Part shown: piece after piece, positions 9,393 through 18,724 of the stretch | Layout: every line of letters starts with the position of its first letter | Position numbering within the stretch: position 1 is the stretch's first letter | NCBI GenBank assembly: GCA_031366845.1 | Contig: JANLOZ010000257.1 | Coordinates: 728 to 64,727, forward strand | DNA: 64,000 nucleotides | Direction of reading: 5' to 3' | Source: Novosphingobium sp. | Lineage (GTDB): Bacteria; Pseudomonadota; Alphaproteobacteria; Sphingomonadales; Sphingomonadaceae | The notes under the pieces: model-generated | What the model was told of the DNA's origin: nothing | Databases searched by the model: none | What the model saw: only the letters and a program-made list of their open reading frames with translations | Program-made: the position numbers and the translations under genes

Positions 9393-10526
9393 GTGGCGGC
9401 TCCATCCGATCCCGGCGGAATCGTCGCGAAGGGGCTCGCCGCGCTTCAGGCGCGCAACCATGCGCAAGCGGCGCAATTGCTTCGAGAGGCAGCCTCGGCC
9501 CTCCCCACGCACGAAATGCCCTGGCTCGCGCTCGGTAACGCCGAGCTTGCCCTGGGGCACCTGGACGCGGCAGAGGCGGCGATTGATCGGCAGTTGCAGC
9601 TCACCAGCCGTGATGTCGGGGCCCTGCTGCTCAAGGGTCACTTGCGCGAACGGCAGGGCGATTCGCGCGGGGGCACGAGTTTTTATCAGATGGCTGTGGG
9701 GCAGGCTGCTGTTAACGGAGCGGTGCCGCCGGGGCTGACTGATCTGCTCGCCCACGCCCGGCGCTTCATCGCCAGTGCGCAGGGCGATTATGCGGCGCAC
9801 CTGCGCGAAGTTGTTGGCAATGACCTTTCGCCGACAATGCGTGAGGCGATTGACCTGCTCACCGGGCAGAGTCAGGTCTACCTGCAGGAGCCCACGGCGT
9901 TTTACTATCCCGGCCTGCCGCAGAAGTGGTTCTACGATAGCGGCGATTTTCCCTGGCTCGCGCCGATGCTGGCGCTGGCACCGCGCATGGCTGAGGAACT
10001 GCGCGCTGGCGGCGCGAGCGGCTTTGCGCCCTATGTTACCGCGCGGCCAGATCGGCCCGCGCCGAACAATCCGCTGCTCGGCGATATGGCGTGGTCGGCG
10101 CTATATTTCTGGCAGGAGGGCGAGGTTGTGGAAGCCAATGCCGCTGCCATGCCAGCTGTGATGGCGGCGCTGGGCCATGCGCCGATGCCGCGTATTCCAG
10201 GCCGCGCGCCCAACGCGCTGTTCTCACGGCTGCTCCCCGGCGCGCACATCACCCCGCACAATGGCCTGCTCAACACCCGGCTGATTTGCCATGTGCCGAT
10301 TGTCACTGCGCCAAATTGCTCGCTGCGTGTCGGCAACGAAACGCGCGGCTGGGAGGCCTCCAAAGCACTGGTATTCGACGATTCGGTCGAGCACGAAGCG
10401 CGTAACGGCGGAACCGAAGAACGCGTCATCCTGCTTTTTGAAATCTGGCGTCCCGAAATCCCACCTGAAGATCGTGCAGCAATTTCGCGGATATTTCAGG
10501 CGATTGAAAGCTTTGGGCTGGATTGA
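9393..10526 (+). CDS. TPR-containing aspartyl/asparaginyl beta-hydroxylase-domain protein (Fe(II)/2OG dioxygenase)
   Basis: N-terminal Ala/Leu helical repeats. C-terminal FSRLLPGAHITPHNG, RLICHVP and LVFDDSVEHEARN match the AspH domain. GTG start after GAGGGG. Confidence 0.85.
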   Translation: MAAPSDPGGIVAKGLAALQARNHAQAAQLLREAASALPTHEMPWLALGNAELALGHLDAAEAAIDRQLQLTSRDVGALLLKGHLRERQGDSRGGTSFYQMAVGQAAVNGAVPPGLTDLLAHARRFIASAQGDYAAHLREVVGNDLSPTMREAIDLLTGQSQVYLQEPTAFYYPGLPQKWFYDSGDFPWLAPMLALAPRMAEELRAGGASGFAPYVTARPDRPAPNNPLLGDMAWSALYFWQEGEVVEANAAAMPAVMAALGHAPMPRIPGRAPNALFSRLLPGAHITPHNGLLNTRLICHVPIVTAPNCSLRVGNETRGWEASKALVFDDSVEHEARNGGTEERVILLFEIWRPEIPPEDRAAISRIFQAIESFGLD

Positions 10527-10536
10527 GCGCCTGATC

Positions 10537-11235
10537 TCAACCCAGGTTCGCGGCGAAAAACGCTTCGGTCCGTCCGTCTGCCAGGTCCGCCGCCACCGCA
10601 TCACGCCGCAAGCCATGTTCCGCCGCAAAGCCGTGATCGAGGCCGTCGTAATCGTGAATCGTCACGTGGGCATTGCCATCAAGCCCGGCATGAATCGCCG
10701 CTTGCGCTTCGGCCCCGACAAAGTGATCGGCGGTGGGGATGTGGAGCATCAGCGGGCGGGCAATGGCGCGCGATTCGCCCAGCATCTGGTCGATGCCAAC
10801 GCCGTAATAACCAACCGAAGCATCGATATCGGTGCGCGTTGCCGCCTGATAGGCAACCTTGCCGCCCATGCAGTAGCCGACGATGCCAACCTTGGGCACA
10901 GCCGCTTCACGGCGGATCCAGTGGATCGTCGCCTCGATATCCTGAATGCCAAGATCAAAATCGTGCGCCATCATGTGCGTGATAGCCTGCTGAAATTGTT
11001 CAGGAATATCCGCATCGAGATCGATACCGAGACCCTGCCGCCAGAACACTTCGGGCGCCACCGCGAGATAACCGAGCGCGGCCCAGTGCTCGGCCTTCTT
11101 GCGGATGCCGGGGTTCACGCCGAAAACTTCCTGCACCACGATCACCGCCCCCTTTGGCGATTGCGCAGGTTCGACTACATAGGCGGGAAACGACCCGCTG
11201 CCATCGTAGGTGGTAATGCTGACGGTCCTGGCCAC
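10537..11235 (-). CDS. dienelactone hydrolase family protein
   Basis: IVVQEVFGVN, VGYCMGG nucleophile elbow and HGFA. GTG start at 11235. Confidence 0.92.
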   Translation of the reverse strand: MARTVSITTYDGSGSFPAYVVEPAQSPKGAVIVVQEVFGVNPGIRKKAEHWAALGYLAVAPEVFWRQGLGIDLDADIPEQFQQAITHMMAHDFDLGIQDIEATIHWIRREAAVPKVGIVGYCMGGKVAYQAATRTDIDASVGYYGVGIDQMLGESRAIARPLMLHIPTADHFVGAEAQAAIHAGLDGNAHVTIHDYDGLDHGFAAEHGLRRDAVAADLADGRTEAFFAANLG

Positions 11236-11351
11236 GGTCTTTCTCCTCGGAACTGTGCGTTCGTACCGTCTTTGCCGCGCTGCATGGACATTGCAAGGGG
11301 GCTGTGCCAGCACCATATCTATTGCCTAACCCGCCTGCGAGGTGCCTGCGC

Positions 11352-11594
11352 ATGAAAGTTAATGTCGAGATCGATTGCAGCCCCGAAGAGGCCCGCCGCT
11401 TCCTCGGCCTGCCCGATGTTTCCAAGGCTAACGATGTCTATGTCGATGCGGTGGCCAAAGCGATGAAGGGGGTGGGTTCGATCGACCAGCTTCAGGTCCT
11501 GGCCAAACAGGTCGCGCCGATGGGCGAGATCGGGTTGAAAATGTTCCAGCAGTTCATTGAGGGCGGGCTGGCCAAGTCCAAGAAGGCGGAATAG
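11352..11594 (+). CDS. DUF6489 family small protein
   Basis: MKVNVEIDCSPEEARRFLGLPDV N-terminal signature. Confidence 0.8.
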   Translation: MKVNVEIDCSPEEARRFLGLPDVSKANDVYVDAVAKAMKGVGSIDQLQVLAKQVAPMGEIGLKMFQQFIEGGLAKSKKAE

Positions 11595-11610
11595 GGCGCA
11601 ATCCCGTTTG

Positions 11611-12888
11611 ATGACCGACACCATTTTCGCCCTGTCAAGCGGCTCACCACCCGCCGCGATAGCCGTGGTGCGCGTAAGCGGGCCGCACGCTGGCGATGTG
11701 ATGCGGATTCTTGCGGGCCATCTGCCTGAGCCCCGCCGCGCCGGCACTTGCGATTTGATCGACACCGATGGCGAAGTGATTGACCGCGCACTGGTGCTGT
11801 GGCTGCCGGGTCCGCGAACAGTTACGGGGGAAGATGTCGCCGAATTCCATCTCCACGGCGGCCGGGCTGTCGTAAGCGGGCTGGAACAGGTTCTGGAGAC
11901 AATGCCCGGCCTGCGCCGCGCTGATCCCGGCGAGTTCACTCGCCGCGCCTTTGCCAACGGCCGGATCGATCTGGCCGAAGCCGAGGGCCTCGCCGATCTG
12001 CTGAACGCAGAAACCGAGCTGCAGCGCCGCTCTGCGCAGGCGATGGCGGGCGGGGCGTTCTCGCGGCAGGTTGAAGCGTGGCGGGGGAGCCTGCTCGACC
12101 TGTCCGCCGGTCTTGAGGCGGCGCTCGATTTCGCCGACGAGGATGATGTCGCGCTGCTGCCAGCCAATTTCGCACAAAAGCGCGATGGCCTGCACAGGGA
12201 GATCGCCGGATGGCTTGCCCGACCACGCGCCGAAAAACTGCGCGAGGGTTACCGCGTGGTCATCGCTGGCCCACCGAATACGGGAAAGAGCACCCTTTTC
12301 AATGCTTTGATTGAAGATGACGCGGCGATTGCAACGCCGATCCCCGGCACCACCCGCGATGTCCTGACCCGCCCTGTGGCGCTTGAAGGGATTCCCTTCC
12401 TTTTCGCCGACACCGCAGGCTTGCACGATTTTGTCGACGATGAAGTCGAGGCCATCGGCATCGAACGCGCGCTCGAAGCGCTTGACCGGGCTGATCTGGT
12501 GCTGTGGCTCGGGCCGCAAGGGCAGGGCCCGCAGGGATCATGGGACATCGCTTCGCAGATCGACCGCGCAGGCATAGAACCCAAGCCGAACGCGCGGCAC
12601 AATGTTTCAGCGGTGACGTTTGCGGGCATGGACGCGCTTCGCCAGGACCTCGTCACCGCCGCGCGCGGCTCCATGCCGCGGCCGGGAGACGTGGCGCTGA
12701 ACGAGCGGCAGCACCAGTTACTCACGCGCGCGGCGCACGTGTTGGGTGAGGCGGGGCACGAACGCGATCCGCTGCTGATCGGCGAGAACCTGCGCGTGGG
12801 CCGGGTGGCCTTTGATGCGCTGCTGGGGCGAACCACGACCGAGGATATGCTCGATGCGCTGTTTGGGCGATTTTGTATCGGGAAGTGA
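11611..12888 (+). CDS. mnmE: tRNA modification GTPase MnmE
   Basis: DTIFALSSG, TGEDVAEFHLHGG, GPPNTGKS, GTTRD, DTAG and the FGRFCIGK C-terminus. Confidence 0.97.
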   Translation: MTDTIFALSSGSPPAAIAVVRVSGPHAGDVMRILAGHLPEPRRAGTCDLIDTDGEVIDRALVLWLPGPRTVTGEDVAEFHLHGGRAVVSGLEQVLETMPGLRRADPGEFTRRAFANGRIDLAEAEGLADLLNAETELQRRSAQAMAGGAFSRQVEAWRGSLLDLSAGLEAALDFADEDDVALLPANFAQKRDGLHREIAGWLARPRAEKLREGYRVVIAGPPNTGKSTLFNALIEDDAAIATPIPGTTRDVLTRPVALEGIPFLFADTAGLHDFVDDEVEAIGIERALEALDRADLVLWLGPQGQGPQGSWDIASQIDRAGIEPKPNARHNVSAVTFAGMDALRQDLVTAARGSMPRPGDVALNERQHQLLTRAAHVLGEAGHERDPLLIGENLRVGRVAFDALLGRTTTEDMLDALFGRFCIGK

Positions 12889-12891
12889 GGT

Positions 12892-12919
12892 CTGGGTCCC
12901 GGCCTGCGGCGGGATGACG
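12892..12919. repeat. single CGTC-type REP-like palindrome
   Basis: CTGGGTCCCGGCCTGCGGCGGGATGACG: an imperfect stem CCCGGC/GGCGGG ending in GATGACG, the same terminal motif as the 7900-7992 element. Confidence 0.55.
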
Positions 12920-12949
12920 GTGCAGGTTTTTCGCAAAGTCGCTCTGAAA

Positions 12950-12965
12950 CGTTCCACGTGAAACA
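12950..12965. promoter_or_regulatory. parS centromere site 1
   Basis: CGTTCCACGTGAAACA versus consensus TGTTTCACGTGAAACA; intergenic, upstream of mnmG. Confidence 0.88.
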
Positions 12966-12973
12966 TCCACGCT

Positions 12974-13002
12974 TTGACCCGGCCTTGCAGCGCGGCTAAA
13001 GG
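12974..13002 (+). promoter_or_regulatory. sigma70-type promoter of the mnmG-rsmG-parA-parB operon (probably leaderless)
   Basis: TTGACC (12974-12979) - 17 bp - TAAAGG (12997-13002); the predicted +1 falls at about the ATG at 13010. Confidence 0.5.
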
Positions 13003-13009
13003 CCCCCCT

Positions 13010-14860
13010 ATGCGCGCATTTGATGTCATCGTTGTCGGCGGAGGCCACGCAGGGGTGGAGGCCGCCGCCGTCGCCGCGCGCATGGGCGCGCGGGTGGCGC
13101 TGGTGACCTTTGACCTTGCCACCATTGGGGCGATGAGCTGCAATCCGGCGATCGGCGGGCTCGGCAAGGGTCATCTGGTGCGCGAGGTCGATGCGCTCGA
13201 TGGGGTTATTGCCCGCGCGGCGGATGCGGGGGCGATTCACTATCGGATGCTCAACCGTTCAAAGGGGTCAGCGGTTCAGGGGCCGCGGGTGCAGGCAGAC
13301 CGCAAGCGGTTCAAGGCGGCGGTGCAGGCAATCCTGGCGCAGCAAGGCGACCTGACGCTGATCGCCGGGGAAGCGGCGGCGCTGCGGCTGACCGGCGGGC
13401 GGGTGACCGGAATGGATCTTGCCGATGGCACCGCGCTGGGCGCTCCCGCCGTGGTGCTCTGCACCGGCACATTCCTCGGCGGCACACTGTTTCGCGGCGA
13501 GGAACGATTGACCGGCGGGCGGATTGGCGAGGCTTCGGCCAAAGTACTCGCCGAGCAAATGCGCGGGGCAGGGCTGCCGATGGCACGGCTCAAGACCGGG
13601 ACGCCACCACGACTTGATGGCCGGACGATTGATTGGGCGCAGCTCGATGAGCAGGCATCTGACACCGAGCTGTGGTCGATGTCGGCAATGGGCGGCGGCA
13701 AGCGAATCCTTCCGCAAGTGGCCTGCGCAATCACCCGCACCAACGCCGCGAGCCACGATGTCATCCGCGCCAACCTTTACCGCTCGCCGCTGTTTTCCGG
13801 CGCGATCGGTGCGGCAGGCCCGCGCTATTGCCCGTCGATTGAGGACAAGATCCACCGCTTTGCCGACCGCGATGGCCATCAGGTTTTCCTCGAGCCTGAG
13901 GGGCTTGATACCCATCTGGTCTACCCCAATGGCATCTCCACTTCGCTCCCCACCGATGTCCAGCAAACCATGCTGCGAACCATGGCAGGGCTGCGCGAGG
14001 TCAAGATGGTGGTGCCTGGCTATGCAGTGGAGTACGACCACATCGATCCGCGCGCGTTGCGGCCCAGTTTGGAACTGCGCGACATTCCGGGGCTCTATTG
14101 CGCAGGGCAGATCAACGGCACCACCGGTTATGAGGAAGCCGCCGCGCAAGGGCTGGTTGCGGGAATGAACGCCGCCGCTGCCGTGCTCGGACGCGAGGTG
14201 GCGCCGCTCGACCGGGCGAACAGCTATATGGCGGTGATGATCGACGATCTGACGCTGCACGGGGTTTCCGAACCCTACCGCATGCTCACCGCCCGCGCCG
14301 AATATCGGCTGCGGCTGCGGGCGAACAATGCCGCGACCCGGCTGACACCCTTGGGGATTACGGCGGGCATGGTCGGGCAAGCGCGGCAGGAATGGTTCAA
14401 ACTGCGTGAAGGCGAGCGGGCACGCGTCGATGCAGCGCTGGAAACCGAGATTGGCGCGGCTGACCTTGCCCGTGCCGGCCTTCCGGTTCGCACCGACACA
14501 GGCCGTCTATCGATGCGCGAATGGCTGCGGTTTGGCGGGATTGATCTGGAGGCGCTGGCACCGTGGCTGGGCGAACAGATGCCCGACAGTGCTGATCTGG
14601 CCGCCGAAGTCGCCGAGGATGCCGTCTATGCGCCTTACGTCGCGCGGCAGGAAAGCGAACTGCGGGACCTTCGCGCGAGTGAGGCGCTTTCGCTTGGCGA
14701 TCACTTTCCTTACATCGACACGCCAGGACTTTCGCGCGAGATGGTTGAACGGCTGAACCGCGCGCGACCGGCGACGCTGGCGGCAGCAGGGCGGATTCCC
14801 GGCATTACCCCCGCCGCGCTCGCTGCGCTGCTAGTCCATGCCCGGCGGCGCGCGGCGTGA
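13010..14860 (+). CDS. mnmG: tRNA uridine-5-carboxymethylaminomethyl synthesis enzyme MnmG (GidA)
   Basis: [35 protein letters not shown] and [17 protein letters not shown] motifs. Confidence 0.98.
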   Translation: MRAFDVIVVGGGHAGVEAAAVAARMGARVALVTFDLATIGAMSCNPAIGGLGKGHLVREVDALDGVIARAADAGAIHYRMLNRSKGSAVQGPRVQADRKRFKAAVQAILAQQGDLTLIAGEAAALRLTGGRVTGMDLADGTALGAPAVVLCTGTFLGGTLFRGEERLTGGRIGEASAKVLAEQMRGAGLPMARLKTGTPPRLDGRTIDWAQLDEQASDTELWSMSAMGGGKRILPQVACAITRTNAASHDVIRANLYRSPLFSGAIGAAGPRYCPSIEDKIHRFADRDGHQVFLEPEGLDTHLVYPNGISTSLPTDVQQTMLRTMAGLREVKMVVPGYAVEYDHIDPRALRPSLELRDIPGLYCAGQINGTTGYEEAAAQGLVAGMNAAAAVLGREVAPLDRANSYMAVMIDDLTLHGVSEPYRMLTARAEYRLRLRANNAATRLTPLGITAGMVGQARQEWFKLREGERARVDAALETEIGAADLARAGLPVRTDTGRLSMREWLRFGGIDLEALAPWLGEQMPDSADLAAEVAEDAVYAPYVARQESELRDLRASEALSLGDHFPYIDTPGLSREMVERLNRARPATLAAAGRIPGITPAALAALLVHARRRAA

Positions 14861-15510
14861 TCACCAGTGAGGCTGAAGCGCGGACCTGGGTGGCGGCGCT
14901 GCCGCAGGCCGACGACGCGGCGATGGACCGGCTTGACCAGCTTGCGGCGATGCTGGTCGAGGAAAACAGCCAGCAGAACCTCGTTTCGGCGGCGAGCCTT
15001 GAAGCAGTTTGGCAACGGCATATCGCCGATTCCGCGCAACTACTCCTCCATGTTCCACGTGAAACACGTGACGCGGCGTGGCTCGATCTCGGGACCGGGG
15101 CCGGCTTCCCCGGTCTGGTGATCGCCTGCATCGCTCCGGCAAAGCCAGTGCAACTCGTCGAATCGCGGGCAAAACGAATCACCTGGCTGCGACGCGCAGC
15201 GGAATTTCTCGATCTCGCGCAAGTTGAGGTGGTGGGATCGCGCCTTGAGCTGGTTCCCACGCGCCAATTCAGCGTCATTTCGGCACGCGCCTTCGCACCT
15301 CTGGGCAAATTACTCGATCTATCCGCACGTTTCTCCACAAGTGCGACGACATGGCTGTTGCCGAAGGGGCGGTCGGCACGGCACGAACTGGCTGAACTTG
15401 CCGGTTGGCATCACGCGTTTCACGTGGAACAATCGCTCACCGATCCCGAAGGCGGAATTATCGTCGGTTCGGTATCGGGCAAAGCAGCCAAAAGGGGGCG
15501 AAAGCCGTGA
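14857..15510 (+). CDS. rsmG: 16S rRNA m7G527 methyltransferase RsmG (GidB)
   Basis: [20 protein letters not shown] and ISARAFA motifs. Confidence 0.95.
   Translation: MITSEAEARTWVAALPQADDAAMDRLDQLAAMLVEENSQQNLVSAASLEAVWQRHIADSAQLLLHVPRETRDAAWLDLGTGAGFPGLVIACIAPAKPVQLVESRAKRITWLRRAAEFLDLAQVEVVGSRLELVPTRQFSVISARAFAPLGKLLDLSARFSTSATTWLLPKGRSARHELAELAGWHHAFHVEQSLTDPEGGIIVGSVSGKAAKRGRKP
15051..15066. promoter_or_regulatory. parS centromere site 2 (inside rsmG)
   Basis: TGTTCCACGTGAAACA, one mismatch to consensus; encodes part of HVPRET. Confidence 0.9.
15416..15431. promoter_or_regulatory. parS centromere site 3 (inside rsmG)
   Basis: CGTTTCACGTGGAACA; encodes part of AFHVEQ. Confidence 0.88.
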
Positions 15511-16283
15511 TTACAGTAGCGGTTGCCAATCAAAAGGGCGGAGTGGGCAAGACCACTACGGCGATCAACATTGCTACGGCAATGGCGGCAACTGGGTGGA
15601 AAACCTTGCTTATTGACCTTGATCCGCAGGGCAATGCCTCGACCGGCCTCGGTCTCGCCGCACCCGATCGCAGAGCTTCGACTTATGATGTGCTGGTTGA
15701 AGAAACGCCGCTGTCAAAATGTGTTACAGCCACGCGAATCCCCGGCCTCGATCTGGTTCCCGCAACGGTTGACCTGTCGGGGGCTGAAGTTGAACTCGTC
15801 GCGGTGGAACAGCGCACCTACCGGCTGTCGCAAGCCTTGGCACAGCACAAAGGGCATGACATCGCCTTTATCGACTGTCCGCCGTCACTCGGACTGCTGA
15901 CGCTCAATGCACTGGTCGCGGCCGATACGCTGCTGGTGCCGCTGCAGTGCGAATTTTTTGCGCTCGAGGGGCTGAGCCAGCTGCTCAAGACGGTTGAATT
16001 GGTTCAGCAGCGTTTCAATGCCGATCTGTCGATTCTTGGCGTGGCTTTGACGATGTTTGACCGGCGCAACCGGCTGACGGATCAGGTTTCCGACGATGTC
16101 CGCTCGTGCCTTGGCGGGCTGGTGTTCGATACGGTGATTCCGCGCAATGTGCGTCTGTCCGAGGCGCCGAGCCATGGGCTGCCGGCGCTGGTCTATGATC
16201 AGAACTGCTCGGGCAGCCGCGCCTATATGGCGCTTGCGCGCGAGTTGATCGGCCGCCTGCCGAGGGAGAGGAAAGCCGCATGA
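15507..16283 (+). CDS. parA: chromosome partitioning ATPase ParA
   Basis: NQKGGVGKTTT deviant Walker A, DLDPQGNAST, IDCPPSLG and PLQCEFFALEG. GTG start overlaps the rsmG stop. Confidence 0.97.
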   Translation: MITVAVANQKGGVGKTTTAINIATAMAATGWKTLLIDLDPQGNASTGLGLAAPDRRASTYDVLVEETPLSKCVTATRIPGLDLVPATVDLSGAEVELVAVEQRTYRLSQALAQHKGHDIAFIDCPPSLGLLTLNALVAADTLLVPLQCEFFALEGLSQLLKTVELVQQRFNADLSILGVALTMFDRRNRLTDQVSDDVRSCLGGLVFDTVIPRNVRLSEAPSHGLPALVYDQNCSGSRAYMALARELIGRLPRERKAA

Positions 16284-17239
16284 GCGACGATACCATAGCG
16301 CGGATTTCGGTGAACCCACCAGAGACTGCGGCGCAGCCCAGGCGCAAAATCCCGGCGCTCGGGCGCGGGCTCGGCGCGTTGATGGGTGAAAGCCGCCGCG
16401 AGGAGCCGCTTGTGGCGAGCGCTTCGGGCAGTGCAGTCGCTTCAGGCCTCGCGCAACTGGCAGTGGCCGCGATCGAGGCCCACCCCGATCAACCGCGTCG
16501 TCGCTTTGACGAGGCGGCGCTCGAGGAACTGGCGGCATCGATTGCCACGCGCGGGGTGATCCAGCCGATCATCGTCCGTCCGCTGGGGCAGGGGCGCTAT
16601 CAGCTGGTTGCCGGAGAACGCCGCTGGCGGGCCGCCCAACGCGCCCAACTCCATGAAATTCCTGCACTAATCCGCGACCTTTCGGAAGCCGATGTCACAG
16701 CATTGGCGCTGATTGAAAACCTTCAGCGCGAAGATCTCAACCCGGTTGAGGAAGCCCGTGCCTATCAGCGACTCGCCGAGGTGCAAGGGCTGACGCAGAC
16801 CGAGATCGGCAGGCTGGTCGATAAGTCACGCAGTCATGTCGCCAACCTTCAGCGCTTGCTGGCCTTGCCTGGTGAGGTGCTCGATCTGGTCGAAGAGGGC
16901 AAGTTGGCGATGGGCCACGCGCGGGCCTTGATCGGCGCGGACGATGCGGTGTTGATTGCCCGCGCGGCGATTGAGCGTCGGATGTCGGTGCGCGAAGTGG
17001 AGAATGTCGTGCGGATGCGCGCGCGCGGCGATGCCACACCGCGCCGCGCGCGCGAATCGCGCAAAGGGCCAGAAGACGCCGATATCAGCGCGGTTCAGGC
17101 GCACCTTGAGGAATTTCTCGGGCTTGCCGTGCGGATAAAGGCCGATGCAGATCCGCGATCCGGTTCGGTGACGATCCGCTACACAACGCTCGATCAGCTC
17201 GATCTGGTGTGCCAGCGGCTGACCGGCGGCGGGATCTGA
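16280..17239 (+). CDS. parB: chromosome partitioning protein ParB
   Basis: LGRGLGAL, GVIQPI, VAGERRWRAA CTP-binding box, ENLQREDL and the KSRSHVAN HTH. Confidence 0.97.
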   Translation: MSDDTIARISVNPPETAAQPRRKIPALGRGLGALMGESRREEPLVASASGSAVASGLAQLAVAAIEAHPDQPRRRFDEAALEELAASIATRGVIQPIIVRPLGQGRYQLVAGERRWRAAQRAQLHEIPALIRDLSEADVTALALIENLQREDLNPVEEARAYQRLAEVQGLTQTEIGRLVDKSRSHVANLQRLLALPGEVLDLVEEGKLAMGHARALIGADDAVLIARAAIERRMSVREVENVVRMRARGDATPRRARESRKGPEDADISAVQAHLEEFLGLAVRIKADADPRSGSVTIRYTTLDQLDLVCQRLTGGGI

Positions 17240-17247
17240 AACGACGA

Positions 17248-17278
17248 GCCGGAAAGTTGCGCGATGCAACTTCCCGGC
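17248..17278. terminator. probable bidirectional terminator hairpin after parB
   Basis: GCCGGAAAGTTGC-GCGAT-GCAACTTCCCGGC between convergent genes, followed by a T-rich tract. Confidence 0.65.
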
Positions 17279-17314
17279 CCTGTTTATTGTTGAATTAAAA
17301 GACTAAATGCGCGA

Positions 17315-18040
17315 TCAGCTACCCATGATCCGCTTGTCTGGAACCGTGCGTATGCGCTTTTCGGGAACATAGACCGGAACGCGCTTGTAATGGGTCACGG
17401 GCCGGCGCACCATCACCCGGCGGCGGACGGTTTCATAAGTCGTGACATATTCGGTGGTCACCACTTCCTTGCAGTCGCGGCTCGACGCTGGTTGCGCCAT
17501 TGCCGGAACCATCATCACCGGAACCATCATCATGGGCACCGCATAGGCCTGAGCATAGCCGTAGCCCTGATTGCCATAGCCCTGATTGCCGTAGCCGCCG
17601 CCCTGATACCCATAATTCTGCTGGCCGTAACCCTGAAGCATGGCCTCGCAGCGATCATTGGCGCGGCCACGATCGCCGGCCTTTTCAATCGCCCGGCCAG
17701 CAACTGCGCCGATCACGCCGCCGGCGACGGTGCCGAGCAGGCGGTCGTCCCGCCCGGCGATCTCGTGCCCGGCCAGGCCGCCGAGAACTCCGCCGATGAC
17801 CGCGCCGGTCACGCCGTTGCTGCTCATCCGGTGGCGGCATTCCGCCAGCCACATATCGCGCTGCTGGTCGTAATCGCCCTGGTTCTGGTAGCCGCCCTGG
17901 TACGATCCTTGATGCTCGCCGTGCCAGCCGCCGGGACCGTCACCAGGCGGCATGGAACCGCGCCCATCATGAGCGAATGCGGGAGCAGATGCCGCCATGA
18001 CGGCGGCGGCGGCGATACTGGCTATGGCACGATGGCGCAT
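17315..18040 (-). CDS. secreted glycine-zipper 2TM domain protein with GYQ/GYGNQ low-complexity repeats
   Basis: Signal peptide ending APAFA, glycine zipper GAVIGGVLGGLAG...GTVAGGVIGAVAG, and two Cys pairs. Confidence 0.75.
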   Translation of the reverse strand: MRHRAIASIAAAAVMAASAPAFAHDGRGSMPPGDGPGGWHGEHQGSYQGGYQNQGDYDQQRDMWLAECRHRMSSNGVTGAVIGGVLGGLAGHEIAGRDDRLLGTVAGGVIGAVAGRAIEKAGDRGRANDRCEAMLQGYGQQNYGYQGGGYGNQGYGNQGYGYAQAYAVPMMMVPVMMVPAMAQPASSRDCKEVVTTEYVTTYETVRRRVMVRRPVTHYKRVPVYVPEKRIRTVPDKRIMGS

Positions 18041-18177
18041 GGCAAACCCCTCAAATGGTCAGGCAGAACGCCGAGTCCCGCCTGTTAACCTGGAATTTAG
18101 CATCGTAACGCGCGGAAAACCAAGACCTCGCCCGAACAGACTGCCGTGCTGTCCCGAAACGGAGCAATGCGGAAAGG

Positions 18178-18660
18178 TCAGATTGCCGAAGCAATCAGCA
18201 GGGCAAGCGCAGAAATCCCCGCTGCATCCTCTGCATCGAATCGTGCGGCGCGCGGGCTGTCGAGGTCAATCACTGCGATAACCGCGCCGCCGCGCAGCAC
18301 CGGCACCACCAGTTCAGACTTGCTCGCAGCATCGCAGGCGATGTGGCCGGGAAAAGCATGGACATCAGCCACCAACTGCACTTCGCCGCTTGCTGCCGCT
18401 GCGCCGCAGACGCCCTCACCCAGGGCAATGCGGATGCAAGCGGGCTTGCCGATGAACGGTCCGAGCACCAGCCCGCGATCCACCATCCGGTAAAATCCTG
18501 CCCAGTTGAGATCGGGGACAAATTGCCAGATCAGCGCCGCGACATTGGCCATGTTGGCTACCGCGTCGCTTTCACCGTCGATCAAGGCGGCAGCGGCGGC
18601 GCTGAGCTCACGATACAATTCAGGCTTTGGCGCAGAGGAGCTGGGGGCAAATTCGTACAT
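18178..18660 (-). CDS. GAF domain protein (free Met-R-sulfoxide reductase MsrC-like)
   Basis: LNWAGFY, LGPFIGKPACIRI, GVCG and HIACDAASKSELVVP motifs. Confidence 0.88.
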   Translation of the reverse strand: MYEFAPSSSAPKPELYRELSAAAAALIDGESDAVANMANVAALIWQFVPDLNWAGFYRMVDRGLVLGPFIGKPACIRIALGEGVCGAAAASGEVQLVADVHAFPGHIACDAASKSELVVPVLRGGAVIAVIDLDSPRAARFDAEDAAGISALALLIASAI

Positions 18661-18724
18661 GGCGCGCCCGGTCTAGCCGATAGGACCATTGCCGCAAGCG
18701 CCGACAACGCTTATCTCTCGCCCC

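Noticed and set aside
18085-18099. TTAA-N7-TTTA upstream of the glycine-zipper gene
   Set aside because: A one-mismatch CtrA-like site without the TTAAC extension in the second half; too weak alone.
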